Source: Octopus vulgaris
Taxonomy: Eukaryota
DNA length: 64,000 bases
Assembly: GCA_951406725.2 (NCBI GenBank)
Contig: OX597842.1
Location: 15,376,001-15,440,000 of the forward strand
Direction of reading: 5' to 3'
Shown here: one piece after another, positions 24,383-38,070 of the stretch
Layout: each line of letters opens with the position of its first letter
Position numbering within the stretch: the stretch's first letter is position 1
Position numbers and translations under genes: made by a program
The notes under the pieces: model-generated
Seen by the model: only the letters and a program-made list of their open reading frames with translations
Database searches by the model: none
What the model was told of the DNA's origin: nothing

Positions 24383-27054
24383 CAGTGTCCCTTAACCTTT
24401 ATACTACCAGGAATTAGTCCTTCTTTCCACGAACCCCCTGCATCTATGATTAAAAGTCCCACCCAGATTTTAAATAAAATATAAACTATGTTTTTAGTGA
24501 TTTTATTTAATACGATTAGTATTAGTATTCTTGAATGCTTGGTTGAATACCAGGGAGTTCACAACGAAAGTTTCTTTCGACGTTCAGCCTGTTTCTGTAC
24601 TTGGCCTTGACTGCAACGAGCCTGGAAAATGCAGCCTCACATAGCCTCGTGGATCTACACATAGCTAAAATCCGAAGAATCTGATGTGAGATTAGAAGCT
24701 AAGTAAGAAGATACTTGATCACTAACGTTTTAAGATCTTCCTTAGCTCAGGGTTTGAACTTCAGCTCAAGAAAGTCCTTTTGCACTTCATGCAAATCATC
24801 AGTCACTTCACACTGAAATAAGTTCCTGATGAATATCCAAGCTTCACCCTTTTCATCTACATCTGAGAAGCATTTGATGAATTCAATTTTCAAGTTAGAT
24901 GAGTGATTATTTGTTTCTTTAACTCAGAATCAAAGTTACCCTGGATGAGAGCAAAATCCAAGTAACTAAAACTGGCTGTATTTCCTCGCTGAATTCGATA
25001 TTTTCAGAGATCGAGTTTCATCATGAAGGTTCGAATGATGTCATGGTATGTGAGAATGTTGATGTTTTACCATTATAGTTTAAAGTCGAGATCATTCTCT
25101 AGCATACCTGTCCGCCAGGTATGCTAGAGATAGCTGAAAGCCTTCAGACTAGAAATTGTCATGGAGATCTGCCTTCGGTTGCAAATCTAGAAGTATTAGT
25201 ACTTCTCGTCGTTCATTAAGCTGTCCAAGCATGTTCCCTTTTTGATCGCCATCGCACATGCGTGTGAAAAAGCGATGCTTCCTTTCAGAATCCATATTTT
25301 ACACAGCAGTTTAAAAAGACGACTGTTTAGGCTCCACCTTTAACAAAGTTGACAACCTTGATAGCCACGTTCAGGAGTTTTCTAATTTCAGTAGGGAAGG
25401 TTTTGGATAGTAAGGCTTCACGATTAAGTATGCAGTGTGTACTACAACAGATGAAGTTTTTTCCTTCACTCTAGCAATGAAACCAGACTGCAGACCAAGC
25501 ATGACCGGAGCTCCATCAGTACACACTTTTACCTGGTCGAGAATTTGATCTTTGATGTTTTCAGACAAGTCGTCTATCCTTCACTTGACTGTATCATTTG
25601 ATAGTGAAATCGGGGAAAGCTTGTATGCATTATCTTTCCCCTGAACGAGTTCTGCTACAGGTAGTAGACTTGGTTTTAGGAGAGACTCTCCGATATCACG
25701 GCTCTTCAAGTCTCGACAATTATTGAAATTTGTTGCCGAAATGCCCCACTACTGTCAAACCTAGCTTGCTTCAAGAAACTTCTTTTTGTTTCAGAGAATG
25801 TCTTGAGGTTGTCTGCAAGAGCAGGATGTGTTGGCCTCAAGTAGCATTCCAAGCGTGAGGGTCGTATTCCATCATTGCTCAAAAATTTTGTAACATACCA
25901 CACACTGGGGGACTTCTGTGTCACCCGTTTGGAGGGACACGAATCGAAATCGAAATATATTCGTCAAGATACTTCGATTACTCTGCACTCATTGCGAATT
26001 ATTTCATGTGCAGGGGACAACAGAAATATGTGAACAAAAGGTAAGACACGCGTAAGGTTATCTCAAGGACCAAGATGGAACATTTTGAGTAAAAAGTTCC
26101 GAAATTTTATTTTAATGTTTGGAGTAAAAGAACAGTTATACGAAACATTTGTACAATAAAATGTTGTAGTTTTTGTACGAAAATATAAAAAAAATGTTTC
26201 TTGAGAAAAGAAAACATTTTGCATAGGTTTTAGTTTTACCTAGTACTTTCTGTAATATTTAAGTTTGATTTTAGTTTAACATTTGGCTTTATATTATAAT
26301 TATTTTCTTACCAACGTGTTTACTATATCTTTCACATAAGCATTTAATAATAAAAATTTTGGTTTTATTGCCAATATTTTTTTCTAATGTGTGTTTTAAT
26401 TGTTTTGAGACTTTATTAAATTGAGAAATAGTAGAATCTATTATTTTTGTTTTATTTCCTATTTTTGAATATATAATACTTTTGATCTTCCTAATATTTT
26501 AAAATAGTTTTCAGTTTTTTAAATTAAGTCACTATTTCTTAGTATGTTACTATAATGATTTGATAATGTTTCAGCATGTCTCTTGATATTAAGAATCACA
26601 TTATTTCATATATATGAAAACTGTGGATCAAACTTCTTTATAATCTATTAACTGGAAAAGATGTTAATAGTATCTATGCCTTGTAGCACGGGTTCTTAAC
26701 CTGAGTCTTCTTGTAACAAAACAAAAAATAAAAGGCAAATGTTAAAATGTAAAAATATAGGCAAATGTTAAAGCTACAATTCAGAAACAAGTGAGAGTTT
26801 TGAAGGATATGAAGAGGGGTCAACAATTACAGAAATGGTGAGTGGCACTAAGATAGTAGAATAAGAAAACTAAGTGTATTAGGCGATAATTTTTCATTTT
26901 TTCCATAAACTTGTCATTATTTGACCATGTTCTCGGTAAGAAAATAACATATAATTAGAGAAAATCCCACTTTTTCGCAAGCGGTCGCGCTCCCTTCAGA
27001 GTTACTGACGCACCCCCTGCCCCAGGGGACGCGCTCTTAGGTTAAGAACCACTG
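24383..27054 (-). mobile_element. hAT (Charlie/Buster, ZBED8-like) DNA transposon, degraded
   Basis: TIRs CAGTGTCCCTTAACCT / AGGTTAAGAACCACTG and 8-bp TSD atctagag/atctcgag. Peptides LSNDGIRPSRL...HP and VCTDGAPVMLGLQSGFIARVKE. Confidence 0.92.
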
Positions 27055-27432
27055 ATCTCGAGGTAAACAACGTACATGATATAGACACTGAATTACACAC
27101 TAATTTTTATACACTCCCATTCACTCATCCATACACCGAGACAGGTATTTATATATAAACACAGGTATGCATTAACTATGCCTCCTCAAGTGTCACACTG
27201 ATATATATATATACCAACTGTCAGAAATGCTACCACACTCACAGTCACAATCATTCGCATATATCTCCTATCTTAAAAGTGGACCCAGACTCACATTCAC
27301 AAACATCCAAAACCAATAAAATGCATGTATAGAGAGACGGATGTAGACCTTAAATTGAAGTATGGAAAGACATTACGCATTTAGGAAGATATCTTCAGTG
27401 AAATAGTATAAAAGAAGATTGATTCAACTTAC

Positions 27433-27504
27433 AGAGTTTTTAAACTGGAGAGATTTTGGAAAGTTTTTTCGTTGATTGCTTGGATATCGTTTTGAGCCAA
27501 ATTC
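27433..27504 (-). CDS. LRR exon 2 (72 nt): NLAQNDIQAINEKTFQNLSSLKTL
   Basis: Acceptor ttttattctccag, donor GTAAGTTG, 72 nt, phase 2-2. Confidence 0.93.
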
Positions 27505-27578
27505 CTGGAGAATAAAATTGTATTAAGAAGAATATTTACGGTAAGAAAAAGAAAAAGATGATGAGGAAGAAGTAGATA

Positions 27579-27622
<44 letters not shown>

Positions 27623-27834
27623 GAACAAGAAGAAAAAGAAGAAGAACAAGAAGAAGGAAAAGAAGAAGGAGGGGAAGTACAAGAAGATGAAGAAGAATAA
27701 GAAGGAGGAGGAGGCGAGGGAGAAGAAGAAGAAGAAGAAGAAGAAGGAAGAAGAAGAAGAACAAGAAGAAAAAGAAGGGAAAGAAGGAGAAGAGGACCAA
27801 CAAGTAGGAGATACTTCCAGAGAAGGAAACAAAC

Positions 27835-29720
27835 ACTAGTGGAGCGAAATCCCGATATGGAAAAAATGCATGAAGGACACCATCCAAGCACCTCCCCACA
27901 ACACATACACACAACTATCCTCTATAACACCAACATTACCAACACCACCAATACCGCTGCCAGCACCACCCGCCATACAAATATCCCCTTCGAAATCACC
28001 TTCGTAAATTTCCCTGCAATCCACATATTGAAGCCCTAATGAAATACATACATAAAACTACCAACATCACACCAAAAGATCACAGCACCTAACGCTTCAC
28101 CTCAAATACAATACTCAGCATAAGTAACAACGCCTTAATTTCTTGTAAAAAAAATCTACCCCTTTGCGCTGGGAAATTTCCAAAGAACAATAACCAAAGG
28201 TTTATACAAAACCTGATCGTGGAAACTCCTACAACCATCGAGAAGCGTGGAAGAAACCATTCACCCTCACCGCATCCCAAAAAGTAAGTTGTGCATCATT
28301 TTGTTTTCCCATTTCTCTCATCATTGTTTTGCTCAAGCAAGGCAGTTTAAACGTGCGTGAACGGGGATCATTTTTCAAGTAAGGACGTTTTCTAAACGAC
28401 CTCCGTTCACTGGATTTGGACGGTGTAGTCATTAGTGAAGCCAGACTGACCGGACCACAAGTTTTCTTGCCCCTCTATGGAGGATATGAGATGTAACGAT
28501 TCAGTGGCACCCGAGACAAGGCGATGAAACTGCAATTTGGTTCCAGAAAGGTCTAGATCTAGAGATCAGTGTAGGCTTTGCGGACCCAGACGGCAATCTC
28601 GTCGTCCTTTATGTGAATGGTACTGATGGTGATGCTTTCAGACTGGTCGCTGTCTATGCACCAACAAATGTTGGACAGTCAGATTATTTCAGGCGTCCGG
28701 AAGCTGTTTTGGGAATGTTGCGTACTTTAGTATTAGTAAGCGATTTCAACAGAATCCTAAGATGCACGAATGGATTGTGTGGGGTCAAATGATAGAAGTG
28801 GAAACAAATGCCTCACGAACCTGCTCAGACGTTTCCAGCTGTCTGACGGGTATCGACAGGATTTCCCGAATGTGCCAATGTGGTCTTGGGCCAACCGCGT
28901 CGGGTCATCCAGGTCATATTTAGGTAAGGTTTTCATTAAGACAACGGAGAAGGGTAATATAAGTTGTCTACTTTTCCAAATTGTCAGCTATACCGTCCGC
29001 AAATTTGTGATCTCTGAACTTAATTTAGATTTCATAGATTTCCAGTTACTGGAAGCTGAACACGTCATACCTAGCATGCCCTGCTTACAGTGACCGGATT
29101 ACAGAATTATTTATGCGGGCTTTGACAGGCGCAATTGTTAACAACACCTGGTGGTAGGCCCTAAAATAGCGGTTAATGCAAAATCAGATTTAGCAAGGCT
29201 TCCGTGCAAGAAATGAATGTTATACAGGGTGAGTTAGTTAAATCCTTAAAAGTGACCTTAAGGGTAAGCAGTGCAACTGATATGCTGACTGCGAGATTGG
29301 CCATTGACGAGCACTTCAGGGATAAGCACGAAGGGTGCATTATCAGTGCTTTGAGATAGGGGGATCTAACGCTGCTCAACAGGCCCGGCTGATAGAGGCA
29401 CAACGTGACAAGAAAGTTACCATTCAATCCCTGATTGACCAAAGTAGGTGTTTGGGATGAGTGCTTGGCCAAAACGTAGGTTGAATTTCTCCGATTTCCT
29501 ACCGCGACTCCTGGGAAGCGAAACTGCGATGGGCTGATAACAGCTACAAAGTTAAGGGATTCTTTGACGGGCTGCACGAGGAATAAGTCGCCTAGTTTGG
29601 ATGGCCTTACCTATGAACGTTATTATAGAATTCCAGATTTGATTTAAGGCATTTTGGCAGATATCTACGACAACAAGCAACGAAATGGGAGAATTTCTAG
29701 CTCTGTGAGCCGAGGGACTC
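27835..29720 (+). mobile_element. Tx1/L1-like LINE copy A (ORF1 3' end + degraded APE and RT start)
   Basis: GSLNVR, LVAVYAP, SDFN, WSWANRVGSSRSYL and KSPSLDGLPYE motifs. Confidence 0.82.
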
Positions 29721-29729
29721 TGATACTCT

Positions 29730-32700
29730 ATCGTCCCTTTCGAACACGCGTGTTTTTTGTGCTCGTGAGTTTTGGATTTTTCTTGTGTCTCCAAATATGT
29801 ATAATTTAGTTTGAACATTTAAAGTCTATAAAAGGGAACCTGCTTTAAGGGGGAGGTTTCCTGGACTATACGTATCGCCCTTTGGTGACGAATTTCTATC
29901 CTCTTTTGTATACTGTGAGTTTGATTTATGGCACTCGTTTTTTTTTATTCTTCTAAACATTGCCTCACGCCCTAGAGAAAGAAACACCCTCTCCCTCAAT
30001 GCGAACAAGAGGAAAGATGTAAAAGTGTCGGCAAATGAAATCACGGCGGAGGAAATTCGAACGTCACTACAGCCAGCAAATCACTTGATACTAGCGAAGT
30101 AAAGAAACATAAATTCGACAGTCACGGTTTCGCTTCCGTTGCAAAACTCTACCAAGAAACAGTCAACATAAATATGGATGATATTTTAAAATTCAAAAAT
30201 CCAATCAAAAGGAAAGGAACAAATGTCACCCCGGCTCAGGTGATATCACACAGCCCACTTCATGTAGAGCTGTCACCTTCAAAAAGCTAATTTTGAATGA
30301 CATAGTCAGGTTTCATTCCACAGTGATTCTAAAGACTGTAGTTCTCCTGCCGACCAACATCGGTCGGTGAGTTACTTACATTAACTTAAAAGTAAACTTT
30401 CCCAACGCGGTAGGCAACTTCCAAACAAACCTAAACAAACAGCTTTATAGAAATCACAGCCAGCCACTGGAGAGAAGAAAAAACACATTCACCCTCCCCT
30501 CAGCTAAAACCGTAAGTAACAATTCGTCCCGTTTTTTCCCCATTTTCATCCATCATGGTCTTGCTCAAGTTAAGTAGTTTAAATGTACGTGGTCTGGATC
30601 GCACTGGAAGCAAGGAAACCATTAGCAAAACAAGTCTAACAGGGCTGCAAACTTTCATGCCTCTCTACGATGGATACAAGATCTACGCGTCTCTGCGCCA
30701 GCCGAGAGGGAGTGGTGGAGCTGGGGTTCTGTCCCGGAAATCTCTGTATCTAGAGATCAGGGCAGTCTTTGTGGACCCAGAATACAAGCTGGTTATCCTC
30801 GATGTGAATGGCAGTGACGGTTGTGCCTTCACACTAGTCGCTGCACCAACAGATGTTGGACAATCAGATTATCTTAAGAGCCCGGAGGTCTTTCTAGGAA
30901 CGTCTGGAAGTTTAGTATTAGTTGGTGACATTAACATCGTCCTAGATGCACGTGTGGATAGTGTAGGGTCAAGAAATAAGAGAAGAGGAAACGAATGCCT
31001 CGTAAATCTGCATAGACATTTTTTTGACAGGCATCGACAGGATTACCCGAATGTGCCAATGTGGGCTTGGACCAACCGCATCGAGTCTTCCATATAATAT
31101 CTCGATAGTTTTCATTAGGTTAGAAGATAAGTATAGCATCAGTTAGGTTTAGCGAGGCTTTAGCGTTAGAAAAAACAGATAAGAGGATGATTTATTTAGA
31201 ACCTTATAAGAGGCGTTAAGGGTAGGCATTGCAACTGATGTGCTGGCAGCGTGACTGTCCCTCGACCAACACGTCAATACTAAGCACGAGGTTGCATTGT
31301 CAGAGATCAGGCACGTGCTATGAAACATGAGCGATCGGTGGGCCCGGGTGGTAGAGGCGCAGCGTAACAGCAAAGCCACCATTCGGTCTTTAGTTGACAA
31401 AAATGGGTGCATGATAGATGAACCCAGCCGGATGTGTACGACCTTTCAGTAGGACATCGCCGAATTGGGACGAGAGGATGGCCAAAACGCAGCATGGACT
31501 TCACGGAATTCCTTGCTGGCCTTCCACGACTCTTGGCGATAAAAGCCACAGAGGTATGGGATAACTTTGCTGGCTGCACGGTGTGCAAGTCGTCGGTTGT
31601 GGATAGTATTTCGTATGAAAGTTATTATAGTATGCATGCCAGACCTGTTTGAATGCATTTTGGCAGATATCTAGGGCAACTGGTAACAGAATGGGAAAAT
31701 TCCTAACGCTGTGAGCCTAGGTTTGTGGTACTGCTAAAAAAAGACCCAAACAAGGAGGTTGTAATTAATAACTTTAGGCCCGTCACTCTGCTAAATGCAG
31801 ATTTTAAGATTTTGAGTTACGTTTTAGTGAAGTTTAGCGTTTGTCGTCGAGTAACTGTTTGGGGATGCGCAAACCTACGCCATCCCAAACAGGACTGTCC
31901 ACGACAAACTCCACCCCGTACGCTACACTATAACAGGACGGTAAAGGAACCTGGCATGGGAGGTGTACTGATCAATTTAAATTAACAAAATTCCCTAGAT
32001 ATGGCAGTTATCGGTATTTGGCGGCAATTCTCATGGCTATCGGCTTGGGTCCAGTATTTTCGGGCTAGATCACGGCAATTTTCTGTGACATTCGGTCAGT
32101 GGTTCGGGTGAACGGTCTCCTATAATGCGCTCGGTCCACCAAGGATGCTCACTCTTCTCTCTACTTTATGTATTGAGTCTGGAACCATTACTGCAGAAAC
32201 TGGAGGCCTTGAGGAGCATGCCGTATGAACTAGGGTGCAGGAGATCTGTCTCGTCATATGCGGATGATGTCACAATCATAGTTGTGAACGACAACCACTT
32301 GCACCTTTTTGTTTATGTCGGAAAAGAATAGGTGGTGATAGGAACAAAAGTAAACCCAGAATTGTCAGTCGGCCTGCAAACTTTGCACCTGGAGAGGCAG
32401 ATTGATGACGTCTAGCAACGTCGTCTGACGATTGACGAACGGTTCAGTGAAATTGCTCGGCGTCTGATTCGGTCCGAACGTCCAGGTAGAGAAGAACTGG
32501 GACGAAGTAGCGGACAGGGTAGCCAATAACACCCAGAAATGGGCTGAAAAAAAGCACTCCCTGAAAGGACGGGCAGAAGTATCGAATATATACATCGCAT
32601 CCGTCCTCTTCTACCTCCTGGCCGTCGTTCCTTGCCTTAATTTGGGCCTGAACAAACTGGAACAGTTATTTTTGCGCTTACTGTGGAAAGAACACTGCCC

Positions 32701-33672
32701 GCAGGCCAGGCGCTCTATCTACTGCCAACAGTCACTGAATGGAGGGCTGGGAATGCCGTGGCTAAAGATGCGCAGACATGTGCTGAGGCTGCGACATCTC
32801 CAGCTTTACCTTGACGATGAGTAGATGTAGTCACCCTTTCTCAGACTCGCTTTCCCACAGGTCGTCTGTTTCGACGAGCAGAACCCATGGATCAGTGGAG
32901 GTTCCACCTTGGCTTTCTATGGACATTTAGTAGCTAATATGTGCGATGTTATTCTCAGGGAGACTGCGTCGACGATAATGACTCGTTAGTCTGTTCCGGA
33001 GGATTTTCGGGCCAGGCTCCATGGATAACAACCATAAATTCCTGGCCTGACGGTGCTACTGGAGGGCACTACCTGTTGATATAAACTATACAGGCACAAA
33101 AGGCGGACCAGCCCATGATGCAAACCAAGTGTTGAGACTTTTCAACACGCGCTCGTCCAGTGCCCAAAATTATCTGAATTGTGGTTTATGTTGAATACCT
33201 GCCGTCGCATTTTGGACGATCACAGATGTCAACTGAGTCCATTATAAATATTGCTCCACCGTTTTCCTTTAACCGGGAAAGGCGGGCGGTTTTTCTCTGT
33301 TTAGTGGATATCGCACTGGAAGGATGGGTAAACATTGCATGAATAAATGGGCCTGACTCGAGCATATATATCTAGGCATTTTGTCCTAATTTTGAGGTTG
33401 TTTCGTGACTTGTGGGGTTTCCACGACCAACTCAGGAAACCTCCCCCTTTTGGGGAATTACTGTTGCTGAATATTTCTACATAATCTTTTAAAATCTTTT
33501 ACTATTGTTAATTTTTTCGTACACGACTTTCATGTATGTCCCCACCCGTATGTCCTCTATGTCCCCACCCGTATGTCCCCACCCGTATGTCCCCACCCGT
33601 ATGTCCTCTATGTCCCCACCCGTATGTCCTCTACTGTTCCTCTATGTTGAGCTCTCAATGGCTGAAAAAAAA
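29730..33672 (+). mobile_element. Tx1/L1-like LINE copy B (deleted ORF1, degraded ORF2, 3' tail with poly-A)
   Basis: MVLLKLSSLNVRG, LVGDINIVLD, VLLKKD...FRPVTLLNADFKIL, SVHQGCSL, YADDVT, GGLGMP. Tail ends in A8. Confidence 0.9.
33533..33632 (+). repeat. Minisatellite of atgtccccacccgt / atgtcctct units in the LINE 3' UTR
   Basis: Seen directly; no unique spacers. Confidence 0.9.
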
Positions 33673-35907
33673 CGTATTTCTTGCTGAACAGACTTGCTTA
33701 TTTGCGCTCGGGAGGTTTTAATTTTCACTTTCACCAACTTTGTGAATATTTTGGACCTTTTAAGTCTTTAAAACTGAACCTACTTGACAAGGGAAGTTTC
33801 TTTGACCGTACAAATTCGCCGTTTTGGGGGTGAATCTCAATCTGGAATTCAATCGTGTATTGGTTTAACTTTAAAACACAAACGACCTCCACCCACCAAA
33901 TTTGGCAGTACGAAAGAATGTTTCCCACTCTTCCGTGTCACAAACAAGAAAAAATTAAAATTTTGCAAATGAAAACACGAGCAACACCACATAGACAAGT
34001 TTTCAATGCCACCGCTACCACAACCAGTAACAGAATTGAACCCAGCGAAGAAAATAAGCAAAATAAATGCAACAGTCGCAGTTTCGCCGCTGTCGTGAAA
34101 GTCAATCAAGAGACAATATAAACGTTGGCAATTTACAGAAATATAAATGATTAATACAAAGAAACGGTAGAAATGTCTTATTAACACCACCACCCTTTTG
34201 ATATTATACAAAAACAGTTCGCAAACTTTACTCCTACAAGACTCTAACGATGAAAATAACTGAACAGGCTACAAAGGAAAAAGCTGGAAAATGTTTGCAA
34301 CCAGTCTAGAAGATCGCATACGTGGCAAGGGGAAGAACATATGACCCTGTCGAAGTGAGGTCCACCACGGAAGACGAAGCAAGGTAACACCCCACAGTAC
34401 CTCTAAAGACGGAGGAACAAGTGCTCTTACCGACTTACCTTGGTCGGTGATCTTGCAATATAAAAATTGGTTAATTACCCCCAGAATTCGACATTTTTGG
34501 TTAGTGGCGTCCGTCCTAATTGACAATGAAGTTAAAGTTGAGACTCTTCAAATACACTATCATAATTGGTGGGGTCAAGGATCTTAGCTGTTAATTCAAG
34601 TAGACTATCAAACGCTCGGAATAATACCAGATCTCATCCACTTACCGGAAGGCGCAAAGCTGCATTTATCGGCGGAGGGTCGTAAACCAATTTGCTATCT
34701 CTACGGCAGAGGGACCACCCCAGAACCTTTTGCCCGGAGGGAACAGATGAGAAACTTATCCTTCCACCAAAAGCATTATCACAGCATCACCAACAATAGC
34801 AGAGGTAAACTACAGTAGAAGCAACACCACCTCCACCTCCACCCAAAACAACAACGTCAACACAATGTATAGAAAATACAACAAAAATAATAGAAGAGAA
34901 AACAACAACGAAAAACAAACCAGAAAGAGCAACAGCAACAGCAACAGCAACATGACCAATGGGAAGAATAGCAAACACCGCAAAAGCAACAGGACTGGCT
35001 GTGGAAAACACAGCAGAAACCACAACAACGGAACAAAAGAAAAATCAACAACAAAAATATCTCAAAAATAAGCCCTAAAAGGAACACCAAGAGAGACCGA
35101 CCCAAGAGAGTTATCCCTTCTTGAGTTTGATTTGGAAATATGGAAAAAGATAAAAACGGACAGAGTGAAAGAAGTTCCACAAAGAAAGAAGACGAAAGAT
35201 GGACACAACCACAGCACCTCTTCACAACAGAGACACTATCACACAACCTCTACCCATAACACCCACATTACCAACACCACCAATACCACTTCCAGCATCA
35301 CACACAGAACAAAAACCAACATTAGAAAGCATAATGAACTTTACTGAAATTAACACAAAAAATACACATACAAGAACACAGCGACATTACCGCAAGAAAT
35401 GTTCTTTGTGCACCACCCAAAGAACCACTACACATAAAGATCCTCAGCGTTTCAAATAACACGTTCATTGACATACAAGAAAGGTATCCCAATGCGGTGG
35501 GCAAATTTCAGAAAACTATAAGTAAAACTCTTCACATAAATCTGACCGTGAAAGAAGCCACAACCAGCCTGAGGAGTGAGAAAACCACTCACCCTCCCTT
35601 CAGTCAAAACAGTAAGTAGTTTTCGTTTTTTGGCGGGGTATAAATGTTGCAAGAAGAGCTCGAATGAATGGTTCTGACTTGAACATAATTTTTCTAAACA
35701 AAGACATAGATTTTTGCCCTACAGATCAGGCATCTCTCTGGCTTGTGTGGTTTCCACGACCAGCCCAGGAAACTTACCCCTTTTAGGGAATTACTACTGT
35801 CAGCATTTTACTATTCTTAATGTTTTCTACACACTTTTATGTATGACGCTAACCGTATGTCCCGTATAATCTGTCTATGCTGAGCCCTGGTGGCTAATAA
35901 AGAAAAA
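33673..35907 (+). mobile_element. Tx1/L1-like copy C: degraded ORF1 plus 3' tail, ORF2 absent
   Basis: ORF1 pieces (SRSFAAVVKVNQET, similar to SHGFASVAKLYQET at ~30125; EGRKPICYL). 3' tail tttccacgacca...gagccctggtggctaataaagaaaaa matches copy B. Confidence 0.72.
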
Positions 35908-35939
35908 TATTCCTGACCTACTCCACAGACGATTTGTTT

Positions 35940-36300
35940 ATAGTAATCAAATGTTTGTGTACACATAAGCGTACTCCCTACATGAAATCGATATTACCTG
36001 TTCAGGTGCACCGTATGCCACATGTCAGATGACGAAATGATCGCAGAGCAATGTGAAATGAAGTGCTTTGCTCTTGAACACAACGCAACGCCCGGCCTGA
36101 GAATCGAAGCCCTAATCACTATGCCATGCACGTTCATACACACACACACATGTATACTACGGGTTTCTTCCAGTTTCCGTCAACCAAATCCACTCATAGG
36201 GCTTTGATCACCCCATCAAAGACACCCCAGCAAAGACACTTTTCAATGTGCCACCCACGTATGTGGTTGGGAAGCAGAGTTCTTACCACTCAGCCACGCC
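35940..36300 (-). mobile_element. Two tRNA-derived octopod-type SINE fragments
   Basis: ggcgtggctgagtggtaag...gagtggatttggttgacggaaactg and gttgtgttcaagagcaaagcacttcatttcacattgctc. Confidence 0.7.
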
Positions 36301-36305
36301 AACGC

Positions 36306-36403
<98 letters not shown>

Positions 36404-36419
36404 GTGTGTAGAAAGTTGA

Positions 36420-38070
36420 AAAGGAACATACCAGTTGATATATATGGTAAAAAATATCAAGATGGAAAATGCTAAAGTAATTTTATAAAAAACATTTCAG
36501 TACCGGTTTCAGTCATTGAGACTTTTTCATCTGTAAGTATGGAAAAGAATTATATTTTGGAAAAATTAAAGGAATAGATTTTTAAAAGAATATTTGCATA
36601 GTGTTCAAATACAAGTGGCATTTTCTCCTCTCTCTGTCTCTCTTATTTACTCTTGTGGATTCGAGGTCGTTGTGAATTCTTGGTAGGGAAGAAGAAGAAG
36701 AAGAAGAAGAAGAAGAAGAAGAAGAAGAAGAAGAAGAAGATGATGAAGAAGAAAAAGAAGAAGAAGAAGAAGAATGTGGGAGTGCCATGACAGCAGTATG
36801 TTAAATGGTCAACTGCCCGGTGTTGATGTTAGTAGAATGGTCAAGTGACCCACTGTGGATGGTAGTTGTAATTGTTGAATTCCTGAAACATCTCTTTTGA
36901 ATGCTTCGATTATAAAATTTGTGTAGGTGTTATTCTAAACAGCAATAGGAAGGAGAAGGAGGAAGACAAACAAGAAGAAAGAGAAGGGAGAATAAGAAAG
37001 TAATGTAGGTAGTATTAAAGTAGTAAGGTGTTAAATAGTCAAATTACTTAAAATTGGCACGTTAAGGATTATTGCAGTGATTGGGACTGTTTTTAATGAA
37101 TTCGTGGGAATCTATTGAGTGTATCATTTTTAATATTTGCGTGTGTATTTGTGTTATTCTAAGGCCGTGGTGGATATATCGTTTGTTGTAGACGCGTTCA
37201 AAAGGGGTCTGTATTTTGTAATAAAGAGTGTTTCTTTACTGATTTGTTCCTTGTTGTAGCGTCCCTGAATTGGTAGAGGGGAAAAGTTCTGATTTTTGTT
37301 ATTGGCGCAAATGTCTATGTGTTGGCTGAATGCAATTTTTCTGTTATGGGGAATTTTGATCTGGGATCTGTGCAGAGCCATTCTTTTACGTAGACTTTTT
37401 GTTTGGCCCATGTATTGTTCTTGACACCCAGATCAGGTTAGTACATATATCAGGTTCCCCGAAGCAAATTTGAAGTTGCTTTTCACTGTGAAACGTTGTC
37501 CCTGTTCCAAAGAGAACTCTGATCTCTCAATTAAATTGACGCATATCTCACAGTTGGGTCTTCCGCAGTTTTTCACTGACGGCTTCTGTGTTGTTGAGAG
37601 TATTCGAACTTGTGTTAGGAGACTTTTCATAGATTTGGGTTATCTCTTGCTTTTTATGATGGTGTGTGTTTGGAGGATTAAGTTCATTCTGTCTATTTTT
37701 AGCAGGGGTATGCATTGGAGGATGGTGTCGAAGGCTTCATTGTTGAGAGGGTTGTGTGTGGAGATCTATGGTAGGGCTTTTGGTTGTAAATCATTCTTTA
37801 ATTTAGGATGTCTGTGTTGCTGGATGTTGAGTTGAAGAGACTGTTGAAAGCATATGTCTATTAATGAAGGTGGGTAGTTCCTGGTGATGAGTGTATCCTT
37901 TTTTTCATGTAGTCGTGTGTCTCCGGTGTTTGCATTAGAAACTATAGTACATACCCTTTTTGCTAGGTTGAAGAGAATCTAGTATATATCTGTTATAGTA
38001 TATATCTGTTTCCATTACGTTGTTAGAATTCTTGGTGAGGATATCGAGGAAGGGAAGTTGTTTCTTTGGC
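36420..38070 (-). mobile_element. Penelope-like element 3' part (GIY-YIG) with tail
   Basis: NCGRPNCEIC...NLIYVLT.SGCQEQYMGQTKSLRKRMALHRSQI. Same family as 18190-19470. Confidence 0.88.

Noticed and set aside
27429-27914. 161-aa ORF ending in an LRR
   Set aside because: Only the last 72 nt (27433-27504) form an exon; the rest is intronic low-complexity sequence read through the acceptor.
33533-33632. Short direct repeats superficially like a CRISPR array
   Set aside because: There are no unique spacers and no cas genes, and the context is a eukaryotic LINE 3' UTR. It is a minisatellite.
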